The notes below the pieces were generated by a model. That model was not told the DNA's origin and did not search any database. It saw nothing but the letters and a program-made list of their open reading frames with translations. Both the position numbers and the translations under genes were made by a program. Shown one piece after another: positions 24,627 to 38,683 of a stretch of DNA of 64,000 nt (the first letter of the stretch is position 1; each line of letters begins with the position of its first letter). Origin of the DNA: Lytechinus pictus. Its lineage: Eukaryota. Location of the stretch: contig NC_087250.1 in NCBI RefSeq assembly GCF_037042905.1, forward strand, positions 15,378,001 through 15,442,000. The letters are read 5' to 3'.

Positions 24627-27034
24627 TTGTGGTTGACATGGTTAACAAATTTGAAATGTAGTTTAATAAGGAAGAAATAAAATAATTAATTTTATACACT
24701 AAACATGACAGTCACACTGGGATGTACATGTACATTTGTAGAAATGATTTACAAACAAATAATATGAATAGAGATGGGGATGATCAGAGAGCTAAAAAAT
24801 CAAATTGAATGTATAGAATATTTGACAGTAATTTTGTCTTTAATAAAAATGTGAATTTCAGGTTTTTTTTTCTTGAGTTCTCAAATATTCTGAAGCAAAG
24901 ATGCACAGTGTACATATGTGCATGTATAATAATGTACAAGTAGTTTGGCAGGATTCTCTTTGACGATGCAAATTTATTCACAAATTTTCAGTCCGGTTCG
25001 GGAATTTGGAACAGTACTAGCCGAGTCCCTATGTAAACATCCTACATGTACATATATGTACATGTCGATGTGTTATAGTATAGTGAGAATAGGCCAAAGC
25101 AGTTGTCATCCATGAACATGTTATTCAATTCATGTTGGCCATGGCGAGCCAGTAAACAACAGTGTGTCAGTGCGACATTAATGTGTGGGATCGAGAGTCC
25201 TTCCCTGTCACTCAGGAAGGAGTATCAATGACACGCTGACATTTTCCACCAAACTACTTCTCTTGTTTCGTCAACGGAGACTGGGAACTTTGGTAAACGT
25301 CTGTTCCGATACATTCAAACCCGTGTTGACAGTCTTGCCATGAATGATGAAAGTATTCTGCGTCCAGATACTGCTCAAAACTTCTTGTAATAGTAGGCCT
25401 ACCGGTACTTACATGATAGCACACTGTAATGTTGAACCAGTATTCTGTTGAAATGAGACACAGAAAGACAGAAAAAAGAGACAGGCAGAGAGAGTAGCTA
25501 GAGAGAAAGGGAGAGAGCTGCAAAGGGGAAAAAAAACAGCATCAACACCAAAACCAGGGGGCCGTTTCATAAAGCTGTTCGTAAGTTAAGAGCGACTTTA
25601 AGAACGACTGGTGATCCTTTCTTGTGGTAAATGGTATATACATTGGTCATGGTTTAGCACGTAAGAAAGGTTCACCAGTCGTTCTTAAAGTCACTCTTAT
25701 CTTACGAACAGCTTTATGAAACGGCCCACTGGAAACGTGATTTCAGCACATACAGTAGTATGCCAAATTACCAAATTAAATAGCCTACAAACGATATAGG
25801 ACTACAAGTAGGCCTGTAATAGACACATCTACAATGTACACGTACAACATTCAGATCACTTAAGGAAAAATAAGAAGATAGCAAAAATAAAGAATTCTGT
25901 GTGAATATACATGAAGGTAGGTAGGCTATCTTCATGGGGCGATGTAGTGGGATTTTCTCTGCACCTTTGCCTATGACCTTCACATCTTGATACAGTATGA
26001 CCCCAGATGGCCCTCCAGTGACCTGGGATGACCCAATTTCGTTATTTAGGACCACTATCAGAGCACTGTTTACCCAAGAGTTAGCAAAACATTCCAGGGT
26101 CCTTTTTTTATGAAGCTCAAACTTTGCTCAGGTCCTAACAAATTGCAAGAAAACAAAGTGTTTACATGTAGGCCGACACTGTGTTCTGGGTAGTGGGGAA
26201 AGGGGCTGGGGGGGGGGGGAGGGGGTTGGGGTTGGATGGGAGAGAGATCTTTACAATAATGAATGAGTGTCCACACCATATTTTCTCATTTTTCCCATAC
26301 AGATTTAATAATCCCTATAATTCCCCAAAGTAAAATCTTTAGAAAAGGGTTAAAGTCATTAATAGAACTGTTTATACATGTAGGCCCTACTGAAGGCCCT
26401 GCATTTACTTTATTTTATTTCATTTCATTCCATTCCATTTCATTTCCAGACCTATACTCATAACAATAGTAAATTTCAGTACATTGAAAATAATCATCAT
26501 ACTGTACAATATCCAACATAATAGCTCCATGATCAAAATGAAAAAAAAAACACACCTAAAAAAGGAAAGAACACCAGCTAGGCAGCTATTAAATGCCTTG
26601 GCATTACGATTATCAAAAGAAATCAAGTTTCTGTTTAAAGACTCCTCATTTATAGCTGGTCTTATAAAGAACACTAACATTCTATTTTAAAAATTTGTTT
26701 GAAATAATAAAATGATTGAAGTCAGGGATCCCTCTTTTGCATATGAATAGGTGGAAAAATAAGGAATTTTATTTAAAAAAAAGTTTACAAGTGAATGTGG
26801 AAGGTGAATTGTTATCATGCCCCTCATGCCCAATATACAATGCAATAGTATGCAATATAACACTTCTGAAGGTGCAATAGCATCCATTATGGCATGCAAA
26901 GTGATTATTTACCATTCAAAGCCTATTTGGTCATGGAATAAGATGTTCTGAGAGCGATTCTTGGGTGAGCCTTTGGTATCTGAGGAATTTGGAGTGACAG
27001 CCTTGGTTATGCTACCAAGGAAAGATATCTTACT

Positions 27035-27356
27035 TGGGAACTGTCAACAGCTCGCTTGTAATGAGGTTTGAGATGCTCTTAATTGCTACGTTTTTTATAT
27101 GCATTCACACTGTGAATATTTTGACCGTTTGAAGTTTTAAGAATATGGTTCTGGGCAAGAAAAGATCCCAAAGCATTGTAGAGTATTTTGGGGAATTGTC
27201 AACAGCACGCTTTTAATGAAGTTTGAGATGCTCTTCATTACTACATTTTTTATATGCATTCACACTTTGAATATTTGGACTGCTTGAAGTTTAAACCCAA
27301 GTTCAGAATATGGTTCTGGGCAATAAGATCTCAAAGCGTTGTAGAGTATTTTGGGC
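27035..27356 (+). repeat. Diverged tandem duplication, ~155-bp unit
   Basis: GGAA(C/T)TGTCAACAGC...TTTGAGATGCTCTT...TGTAGAGTATTTTGGG occurs twice. Confidence 0.8.
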
Positions 27357-28048
27357 AGGGCTACATGTATGGGACCATACAACATTTTTTTTTTCTAAAA
27401 TATTTTTTAATTTATTTTTTATACACTTTTAGGACTATATTTTAAGTAATGGCATGTGTACACTATGCAAATAACTACGTGTATATTTGAAGTATACTGT
27501 AATTGATGGGGAGTGGAGTGGAAGAATGGAGGGAGCACTGAAAGTGGGGAGGAAACATGTAGCCCCCTGGGGCTTTTCTTAGAAAAGGTAGCTCTTGCCA
27601 TTGACCGCATGGTAATTATGAATACGAGGTCAGCTGCTACATGTACAATACATGTAGAAAATTGCTGAATTATTTCTACAATGTATGCTTTATGGAGGCT
27701 GGCTATGCCGTACTTGTATTTGTTTGATTTTTTTGGGAGGGGAAGGGGACACAGTGGGGGGGGGGGGGGGTGCCATCACGCCATTGAACTACACATGTAT
27801 TGAACCATGATTACACTGTAGACTGAATTTGAAGGGGTAGTAACATTTATACAGTATGTACCATTTATACATGTACATTAGGGGAAGTGGGATGGATCAC
27901 GAGGGTGGGGAAGGGGGGAGGGGATCGACACTGTTTAGTTTTTGTGTACAGGCGTTTTTTGCTGGCTATACTCGAAGGGATCATACTTATGTTGTGTGTA
28001 CTCATCTATTAAATTTATATGTTTCTTGTTCTATTTTTTGATGTCTTA

Positions 28049-28601
28049 TACCCTTTTTACACAGGATTTTCTTAACCCCGGACTATCGCTAACTCCGTAC
28101 TATCCTTAACCCCGTACTATTTTTTTTCCTTTTCACACATGCCAAATTGTTATCGCTAACCCCGGATAAGGAATGCTTGCTTTTCACACACGAAACTCGC
28201 TAACCCCGGACTAGTGGTTTTTGTCGATCATTCGTAGTACAAGTACTTCACTCGTACCTTTTTACACACGCTAAAATTTCCTTAACCCCGTACTATAGGT
28301 GGGGCTAAATTGCCATTTAGCCCCACCTATAGTACGGGGTTAAGCTTAGCCCACTTTCGTTTTACACTAGCGATCTTAACCCCGTACTATCGCTCTTAGC
28401 ACCGCAATTGCTGGGATAACCCTGCTTTTTTGCAGGGCCAAATAATCCCGTACTAAAGGTGGGGTTAGCCCACTTTGCAAAAATGCTGTGTAAAAAGAAA
28501 GTGGGCTAAGCTTAACCCCGTACTATAGGTGGGGCTAAATGACAATTTAGCCCCACCTATAGTACGGGGTTAAGGAAATTTTAGCGTGTGTAAAAAGGGT
28601 A
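28049..28601. mobile_element. PIF/Harbinger-like MITE with many TAACCCCGTACTA repeats
   Basis: TTA|TACCCTTTTTACACA ... TGTGTAAAAAGGGTA|TTA. Confidence 0.88.
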
Positions 28602-30393
28602 TTACATACTGTACATGAAATATTGATATTAATATCAATATTTTATGTATGTTCATGTAGGACATCAAAAAATAACGGTAAAAATGCTGATAATTATCAG
28701 CAAAACAATAATTTTTTAATCAATTTGTATGTTGCATTTTGATTCTTGTTGAGAATACAAATTCATTGCAGTGAACAATTTTTCTTTCATTGCATTTCAA
28801 AGACTGCTACACTAATAAAAAGTCTTGTGTAGCCAATTTTTTTCCCCATATAGGACTACAGAACATAGTTGAGATCTTTTTTCTAATAGTAGTAGTAGTA
28901 GTAGTAGTATGGTATTTATTCAATAAGAAAACTGGCAAAACAGTCCAAAGACTGAAAAATCCAGTGCACAGTATAAACAAAGGCAAATTACAATATTATA
29001 AAGATGAAATAAAAGCAAAAAATTACAACCAACCGATAATCATATTACACAATCATAAAAGATATACCAAAAGAAACATATTGATCAATGAAGCATGTAC
29101 AAACGTCAAGAAGTGTGAAAGTGTAATTCGAACAGAACGCAACTAGGGCATTAAATGCTATATTAACTGTACAACCAAGTAATACAGGGACAAAAATAAA
29201 GGGGAAACAGAGAAAGGGAGGGAGATAGTGAGAGGAAACCAATGTTACGGGAATCATAAATATAAAAAGCAAATGAGAAAAGGAAGATAAAGAAAAAAAA
29301 GAGAGGATGGGATAGGATGAATGATGAAAAAAGAGAGACAAGGGAAAAGAGTGGGAGGAAAGAAACAGAAAGGAAAGGTAAAGGAGGGGCAGATGAAGGC
29401 AAGATATGGAAAAGAAGACCAACAGAAGGGGGAAAAATAGTAGGAAAATATGGACGCAAAGCTGGTTAAAACCTTGTCAAAATATAGCAGTAAGTGATAA
29501 AAAAAATATACCAAGAATACGTCAATGAAGAGAAAAAAAGGTGAAATGTGTGGTCAATGACCAATAATGCTGATCCACTTTGGTATTATAAAAGCAAAAT
29601 TATTATCTGCTTGTATAATACAACCCTACACATATGAAACTGCAATGTTCATCAAACCTCTAGGCCCCTACTACTGACTAGTTTTCAGTTCCCTTTATAA
29701 TGGCCTTCTTAGCACTACATGTATTTGACTTCCATGCATAATGGAGGCATGAAGAGAACTGTTATTTGCGTTGGCATTGACCTTATTGCAATAACGTGAC
29801 TGTCACCCTCTGCAAATAACTGTCAGCGAAATGCTACGCACGGGTTAATGATGTAAAAGTCGTTTATGACGCGTACGAGATGACATCGTGACATGGTGTA
29901 GATGTGTAGGTTGGTTGACCATAAGAACTAGGATTTAAAGATTTGAAATTTAAAGGGGGGGGGGGTATTTATTGTACACAGTATGTAAATGGAATGAATA
30001 AATAAATGGATATACAATGTATAGAGTAAGAATGACTGAGTGAATGTATGAATGAATGAATGAATATTAAAGTAAATTCATAATGAATGAATGAACGAAT
30101 GAATGATCAAATAAATAAAACGAGTATTAGTATTTAACTTCATAATGAATATATGTGAATAAATGAATAATAACTAAATAGTAGCATAAAATGAATTGAT
30201 TATTGATGGTGCATGTAGATAAAAATAGATAAATGAATGAATATTAAAAGTGAATACATGTACTACATGTGTGACTAAAGGAAAGATTGAATGAATACAT
30301 CAATGAATGAATGAATGAATAGATGGACACATGAATAATAATGGATAAATGAAGGAAGGAATGAAGGAAGAAATGATTGAATTACTGTATTAA

Positions 30394-30982
30394 AGGAGAA
30401 TGAAACCCTTGAAACCAGCTGAATCTGTATCAAAGGGAAAAATCAAAGAAACATACATGTATTGTCGAAAGTTTGAGGAAGATTGAATGAATAATAAGAA
30501 AGTTATGAGCATTTGAATATTGAGATCACTAATGCCATGTACAGTAGTTCCTCCCATTGGCAATGCGACCAAGATCTGTGATGTCACACACGTACAACCC
30601 CCTCATTACTTTAGTACTTATTTCACTTATATTCTCACTTTTATAGAGTCTATCACAAGGTGAGGTGTTCTCATTACGAGAGGACAGAGGTTTCACAACA
30701 TTATATCATTGATGAATCGTTTTTCATATGATTAGAATGAGCAAAAAGAGATGTTTTGGGGTATATTTTCAGTGTCCAAAAGGGGAGAGTTGTTCATCTG
30801 TGACATCATAGATCTTGGTCGCATTGCCAATGGGAGGATTTCCATAGCATTAGTGATCTCGACATTCAAATGCTCATAACTCTTCTATTGCTAGTCCTAT
30901 TTTACTCAAACTTTTGTAGATCTTATTCTTTGATTTTTCTGCTTTCACAAAAGCTAGCTTGCTCCAAGAGTTTCATTCTCCT
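30394..30982. mobile_element. TTAA-flanked Kolobok-like MITE
   Basis: TTAA|AGGAGAATGAAAC ... GTTTCATTCTCCT|TTAA, with long inverted arms (CATTGGCAATGCGACCAAGATCT). Confidence 0.88.
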
Positions 30983-33532
30983 TTAAAGTGTTGTACTTGT
31001 AGGAAGAAAATTGTGACTTGTGAGAGAGATGGAGAAAGCGAGAGCGATGGGGAGTTGGGGATGGGGGATTGAGAAAGAGAACAAGGAGATGAATACATCA
31101 ATAGGGAGACCTTCGTTCACTCAATTACTCTTGAATCATTGTTTGCCCAACTTGCCATCAAATTCGGAAACAGTATGCACAAAGGAGTTTTGAATGACTC
31201 ACAAAACTCACATTGATAATGGTTGCGTTTGCACCATCGGGTACATTTCCTCTCTAATTCAGATAATGAGAGAAGCTTTGGACTGAGAAATGATGCCCAG
31301 CGGCCAGCGTCCAATTTGATGCAAAACTTAAATATATTTTTTTGGTAATTTTTATGTAGGGGCAATGCATATTTCGTTGCGACACTCCCTGATAGGGGGA
31401 GGAGGAATACAAATTTTAGAGAAAAAAGTTTGAAAAATGTTCGTCTGCTTTGATTTGTTTAATAATCATTTAAATTGAGAAAATAGTAGGCATGCAGTGT
31501 ACATCTACGTGTTTAACACATTGTCCCGTATTCTGCAGTCGGGTTTAACCTAGACCATGGTCTAACTCTGTGCTAAAATTATGGGAAGCCAGACGTTTCA
31601 AATTTTTTTTTAGTTAATGCTTCTCATGTTAACTGCGCTCTTCACTATAGATTATTTAATGGTGAAGACAACTGTCATACTTATCCTTCCCAGGCAGTTA
31701 ATAATGTTTTGGGAGTCAAATGAGCTGATATATTGAACCTCTACTGTTAGAGATTTATGTAACAACTGGTTTTCCATAGTTAAACCACAACATCCAGAGT
31801 TGAACTTAAAAACGACTACAGAATACGGGCAATACCTGTATGTTGGAAATTTTACAGGGTTCACAGTGCAGATTTACTGGGGCTATTTTGCCACTTGACC
31901 ACTTTACATAGGCTAATTTGGACACCCCTCCCCCTCAATACCCCAGTAATTGTATTCACATGTTTTGATGTACCAGTACATACTGCACAAGTAGAAATCA
32001 ACATTTGTTTTTGCACCTGTTGGTCTGTAGGCCTACTCTGCAGAGACACCCTTCTATTAATTTCTGATGGGTCAATCTTAGGCAATTTACGGCTCAGATT
32101 TAGGGCCAAATCCCTGTCCTTAGTCATCAATTAGGGACCTGAAAGTGGATTATTTTCTCCTAATTTTCACTGCATGTGATTCCATGCCCCCCATTCGCAC
32201 CATAAACTTCCATTGTATTACTGGGCACCATAGGGCCGTCTACACCAGCCAGAGTTTTCAAATTAGTGCACTATTTCTGATCCGATCTGAACAATCTCGA
32301 GATTATTTGTAATGGAGACGCAGTTATCGCGCTAGTTCGCTGGATTAATCTTGAGATTGCAATCCCAAGTCAACTTGAGATTATTTGCAAAAAAGCGCGC
32401 TATTTTACTAATTATCCCACTAATGCGCAGGTGCAGACACACTCAGGATTATTGCCTTTATCATTACCAATATAAACACTTGATACATGTAGGCTTTTTA
32501 CTACTGCACAAGACTTCATAAACATATTAAACATAAACTTGTAAAATAACTCTATAGTGTGAATGACCCTCATACATGTATGCCTCTGCTAATGTTACCA
32601 GTTGCAAGGGTTTATTAGGTCCGATTAGACTGGCAAACTCTGAGCATCTGTTGTCTAATTAAATGTCAATTGATTCTTCTCAATTGCTGGGATGTAGCTG
32701 TAAATTCTCATGTAATCATGGTGTATCAGTTTTTGTCAAGGAAATTTGCAGTTTGCAGGCGCAATGGGGGTGAATTATTAATTGTCGTCCTTGGATATAG
32801 AGTTATTTTGTAGTTCCCATCAAATTATAATTATGAATTGAAATTATCAAAGAACTTTATTTTGTTCATGAACAAAACAAAAACAAATAAGTAAATGAAA
32901 TATTAAAAATGGATGAATTATAAAAATATAATAGGAAAATTTTGCACCTTTTCTGGAGGAGACAAAGCAGTACAATATTGGGATGATTAAAAAAGAAATT
33001 GATGACCGAACCAACAACAAAAACAAAAGAAAAATAGTGTAAAATAAAACGTACAGAAATAAGTGGATAAATGATAGTAGAAATAATAGCTGGATTTATC
33101 ATTTGTCCAGAGGATACATGTATACAAAGCATTAAATTACAAAATGAATGACCAAAAAAAAAAAACGAAAATAGATAACACTTCTTTGGTGAATGGGTAT
33201 ATTTGAATGAACTAATTGAAATAAATGAAGAACAATGATTGAATGAATGAATGAATGATTGAAATGTAATAGTTAAAAAAAGTCTAGGCAAAATGATTGG
33301 CTTCTTGAAAGAATTTATAATTGAAAAAGGATAATTGAATGAATACTTCTAGAATGATTGGATAATTAAAAATTAATCATGGAATTAAATGGATACTCTA
33401 ATGAATGGGTGAATGGATAATTGAAAATTAATAATGCCAAATACATGTAATTGATTGAATGTACATAATGAACAAAATCAAATCAGTTTATGATGAAATG
33501 AATGGATGAAGAACTTTTTCAAATGTGCATCC

Positions 33533-34365
33533 AGGGCCCCATCTTACAAAGGGTTGCGATTGATCCAATCAACCACAACTATATGGAAAGCCAACAACGC
33601 CATCATAATGCATGTATTTTTCAAAAGAAAATTCTAGATATGATCTACATGTACACGCACTGTTGTCTTGACAATTCAATGTGCTTTGCTTTCTTTACAA
33701 AGGACATTGTGCAAATTTCCTGTAGAAAAAGTTATGACACTGATGGATTTCCATAGAGTTGAGGTTGATCAGATCAATCGTAACTTTTTTATACATGTAA
33801 AGACTGGCCCTGGGCCCGTTTTACAAAGAGTTGCGATTGATCCGATCAATCACAACTATGGACGGCCAGCAATGTCAACATATAGTATCCATGTTTGTTC
33901 AAAATATTTTCCAATTATGATGTATATTCATGCATTCATTGTTTTCTTAAAAATTCACTGTGCATGCTTCTCTTTATTTTAATACAAAGGACATTGTGCA
34001 TATTTCCTGTAGAAAAAATTTGACACTGATGGATTTCCATACAGTTGAGGTTGATCAGATCAATCGTAACTTTTTGTGTAAAGACTGGCTCTGGGCCCGT
34101 CTTACAAAGAGTTGCAATTGATCTGATCAATCACAACTATGAATGGCCAGCAATTTCAACATATAATATTCATGTTTGTTCAAATATTTTCTAGATATGA
34201 TGTATATTCATACATTCATTGTTTTTTTTTAAATTCATTATGCTTCTCTTTGTTTACAAAGGACATTGTGCAAATTTCCTGAAGAAAAAAATATGACATT
34301 GATAGATTTCCATACAGTTGAGGTTGATCAGATCAATCGTAAGTTTTTGTATGAAGACTGGCTTT
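33533..34365 (+). mobile_element. Three tandem copies of a ~280-bp MITE; two more tandem copies plus a fragment at ~37694-38320
   Basis: Units GGGCCC(C)RTYTTACAAAGRGTTGCRATTGATC ... GATCAATCGTAACTTT..AAGACTGGC begin at ~33534, 33812 and 34093. Confidence 0.88.
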
Positions 34366-36298
34366 GATCTACATGTATTGTACATTCATAAAACAAAATA
34401 AAAATCAGTTTTTGTTCAATACATTTGTGTTCATGTGTTTTGCCTTTAAATTTTCATTCAAAGTTTAATTGAAATTTTAGTTTTAATTGAAATTTTATTT
34501 CCCAGTAAAATAATCATCAATTCATCTGGACAGTCATCTTCCCAATCACACTCTGTGAGTTTGTGCATTCTGTTGGCCTACATCACAATAGTAGATGCTT
34601 TCACGGGGATTAAACACTTTCAATTAAATTCTCCAGATGAAACCCACCTACTCCAACAATCTAATCCAATTATCTGATATTAATTGATTGACAGTTTATA
34701 CAAAAGCGGAAAGAAGCTTTCTAGCGCAATGCTGAAATTTAATTTTGTTTCAATTATTAAAATGGTTGACGATAATAGAATGGAATACATGTCGTATGAC
34801 AGACATGGTGTGCGTGGTATTCATGCTTGTGTATAACAGTCATTACTTCATTTTGTTATAAAATTGAATTGCCTCAACGTTTAACCATTGTTTGATGCGG
34901 TTGAAATTAAAACACAATCGAAAGTAGAATTCAGACTTATTTTGAGATAATGGTGGTTTTGATGGTTGTTATCATGAATGATGGTGCTTATTATGAATAA
35001 AAAAGAAAAAAAAGAAAATGAACTGTTCATCTTCTCTATTGTACTTGAATGGTTTACAGTACAAAATTAATTCATTTTTAAGCTTCTCTTTTATACTTGC
35101 TACGAAGATGGGAGATATTCTGTATGATTTTGTTATTTAGCTTTTCCTTCTTTCTGTTTTCTATAAATCACATTGAGAAATTCTCCCACTTTCATGTACA
35201 TGTAGTTGTTCCAAATACAACATGTGACGTGTCTCAACAATAGTTTTTAAAAAGGTGTTTCAATCGGCATGGTCTGGCTTTGAAGTTTGAATCATGACTT
35301 TGTTTAGAATCTGATACAATAGGCCTTCATACCGTTTTTTAGAATTTTTTTTCAAGATCCCCCAAATCCAATTTGATATCAATATGTAGAAGTTTTGTAG
35401 CTTTCTCATAACTTCAAAAGTCAGACACAAAACAGAATTGACATGGGTATTACATGTATAGTGAACAGGATGGGTAATTATGTAGGGAGCGCAACAGAAA
35501 TAGGCCTAATCCCCAGAATTTTATCTGAGAGTTTTTGGGTCCCCCTTTTGTAATCTCTCTGTTCAGGTCCATCCAGCTCTGCAATACAAAATCAATGTTG
35601 CCATGGTAGTGGCTCATTTTTTTTAACCCAGAAAAGTAGGAACTTTAATAGCAAAATTATGTAGAATCAAATACCAGACTCAATGTTGTTGTCCGTCCTC
35701 CAGGCAGATACGTGTACATGTATTTAACTTCGAAACAACGTCAAAATATCTATTATTATAAAGAACAGGATGCGTTCAATTTAATAGCGTGTCAAGATTC
35801 CAAACAATAAGAGAGGCCTAATCCCCAGAATGTTCTCTTTGAGTTTATAATCCATCTTCTGTAACCTTTCTACAGTAACACCTGTAGTCTGCAGTGTCAC
35901 AGTTTGAATGTAGAAGGCCTGTATTGTATTTTACCTGTACTTGGCTTCACTAGACTCAGGGCCTTTTCACATGTGAATCTTGAATCATTGTCTTGATGAT
36001 TACTGACACTGTTGTTATCGTGCCTGTGATTAGCGTTCGTGATTCTAATCATGTTCTATTTTTTTTGTTTTTTTCACATGTGCTAAATATTCGTCATTAG
36101 CCTTATTTTTCACTGGAATAATCACTCAAATTACAATTTTTTTTACCTTGTGAAAGGGCGCTTAGTATTTTCTAAAAGAAAACTTCAAAACAGCTGGAAT
36201 TGTCCAATTATATTGAACAAGATGTGTTTTAGTAGTGTGCTCAGATTCCGCACAATAAAAGTGCCCTAATCCCCAGATTGTTCTCTTTGAGTTTTATA

Positions 36299-36539
36299 CG
36301 CTGTAAAAACGCTGGTGTTAATTTAGCACCATCCTGGTATCTATATCGGAAAACACCAGAGAGGTGTTGAAACAACACCAGCTTGGTGTTAGGCTAACAC
36401 CAATTTGGCATTTAAGCAACACCAATTAGTGTTAAACCAATATCGATTTGTTTCAACGCTTCTCCGGTGTGGACCAATCAATATAGGCTACATGTAGATA
36501 CCGGGCTGGTGTTAAATCAACACCAGTGTTTTTGCAGTG
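36299..36539. mobile_element. CACT-terminated (CMC/EnSpm-like) MITE; relatives at 62015-62258 and ~59232-59754
   Basis: C(G/A)CTGYAAAAAC ... GTTTTTGCAGTG with a 2-bp TSD (TA here, CA at 62013/62259) and ACACCA repeats. Confidence 0.78.
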
Positions 36540-36852
36540 TATTGTACAGTAATCAATCTTTTGTAACCTTTCCTTAGTAGTATAACACCTTGAATCTGCA
36601 ATAGGCAAGTGTGAACATGTAGTCTATTCCTCTAGTCTGTCACCAAACCTTGGCCCTGGCAAACATGACCCTTGACCTTCGGTAACATACTGCAGTCTAG
36701 AGTTTCAGGTGACAAGGATCTATTTCAAGAAAAAAAAACTCTAGATAATACTGGATCCTGCAATGGAATGAAGGTAGACGACAACATTGTACAACCAACT
36801 ACATGTGCTGTATGTACAGTACAGTGCATTCTCAAATTACTGTAAATGGCCC

Positions 36853-37180
36853 ATTTTTGTCTCGCCTGCATAGCAGAGTGAGACTATATTGTATGTAGGT
36901 GCCGCTTTTCCGACAGCGACGGCGGCGGCGTTGTCAATATCAAATCTTAACCTAAGGTTAAGTTTTTGAAATGACATAACTTTGAAAGTGTACATGTATG
37001 GACCTAGTTCATGAAACTTGGACATAAGGGTAATCAAGTATCACTGAACATCCTGCCTTGGTTTCAGGTCACATGACCAAGGTCAAAGGTCATTTAGGGT
37101 CAATGAACTTAGACTTTGTTGGGGGAATCAATATCAAAATCTTAGGTTCTTTGGTTCAAAAAACTTGGACATCAAGTAAC
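36853..37180 (+). mobile_element. Truncated copy of the Helentron-like (HINE) element at 44372-45268
   Basis: TTTTTGTCTCGCCTGCATAGCAGAGTGAGACTAT..CGGCGGCG followed by one core repeat. Confidence 0.85.
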
Positions 37181-37420
37181 ATTTGATTTAATAGAGCTTG
37201 TAGAGAGTCGGCCCTTCGAAACAACAAATTCTTCAGATTCTTCAGATGTATTTTTCACTGCCTGTCAACAACAATATGTGTCTCTGATTTCTTCGTTGCT
37301 AAATCGTGATGAGGTGATGGAAATCAAATGTGTTGCTGGAAAAGGAAATAATTGTTTGGCGACCTTTGGAAGCAAACATTTTCTAGACTAGACGGAGCAG
37401 ATTAGGAGGAAGATTGAAGT

Positions 37421-37566
37421 GGGGAGTGTTTCACGAAACATCTTGCCAGTGATTTTCACTGTCATATTAGCTCTCAGCCAATCAGATGCAAGGATTTCAG
37501 TAGCTTATAACCAAAGTCAGTGCAAAGTCACCAACTCCAAGTATCTGTTTTATGAAAGGTTCGCCA
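37421..37566. mobile_element. ~130-bp MITE-like family (also ~51177-51313, 54551-54690, 54730-54848, 59962-60088, 60106-60235)
   Basis: Shared core GCCAATCAGATGCAAGGATTTCAGTAGCTTATAAC in either orientation, with GGGAG..TTTCAYG / CATGAAA..CTCCC ends. Confidence 0.75.
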
Positions 37567-38347
37567 TTGGATATTAGTGTGCTATACCCTTTCCAAATTA
37601 GGAATATGTTAAACCTGTGAGCTCTGTTCATATTGCACATTGTAAGATAATCTGAATGCAGTGAATGAGTTCATGAATCATTTTATTTACATCAGGGCCC
37701 CCGTCTTACGAAGAGTTGCTATCGATCCGATCAACCACAAGTACATGTACATGTATGGAAAGCAAGTAAAGTCAACATCTATAATGCAAAATTTGTTCAA
37801 AATGTTTTCTACATGATGTATACAGTCATCACTCTCTTCAGATTCAGTGTGATTCTCTTCGTAATGCTATAAAAGGAGATTTCCTGTAGAAAAAATGATG
37901 GTACAGGTATGGATGGATTTCCATTCAGTTGAGATTAATTGGATAAATCATAACTCTTTGTAAGAAAGAGCCCAGCATCCCATCTTACAAAGAGTTACAA
38001 TTGATCCGATCAATCACAACTTCATGTATGGAGGGCCAGCAACGTCAACATCCATTATGCATGTTTGTTCAAAATTTTTTCTAATTATGATGTATATTCA
38101 AGCATTCATGGTTTTCATGTAAATTCACAGTGCTTCTCTTTGTTTTAATACAAAGGACATTGTGCAAATCTCCTGTAGACAAAAAATGATGACACTGATG
38201 GATTTCAATTGAGTAACAATTGATTGGATCAATCGTAGCTCTTTGTAAGACCATGGACCTACTACTCTAGTAGGTCCATGGTAAGACGGAGCCCAGGGCC
38301 CCATCTTATGAAGAGTTGTGTTGATACATGTGCATGAAATACACTAA

Positions 38348-38683
<336 letters not shown>

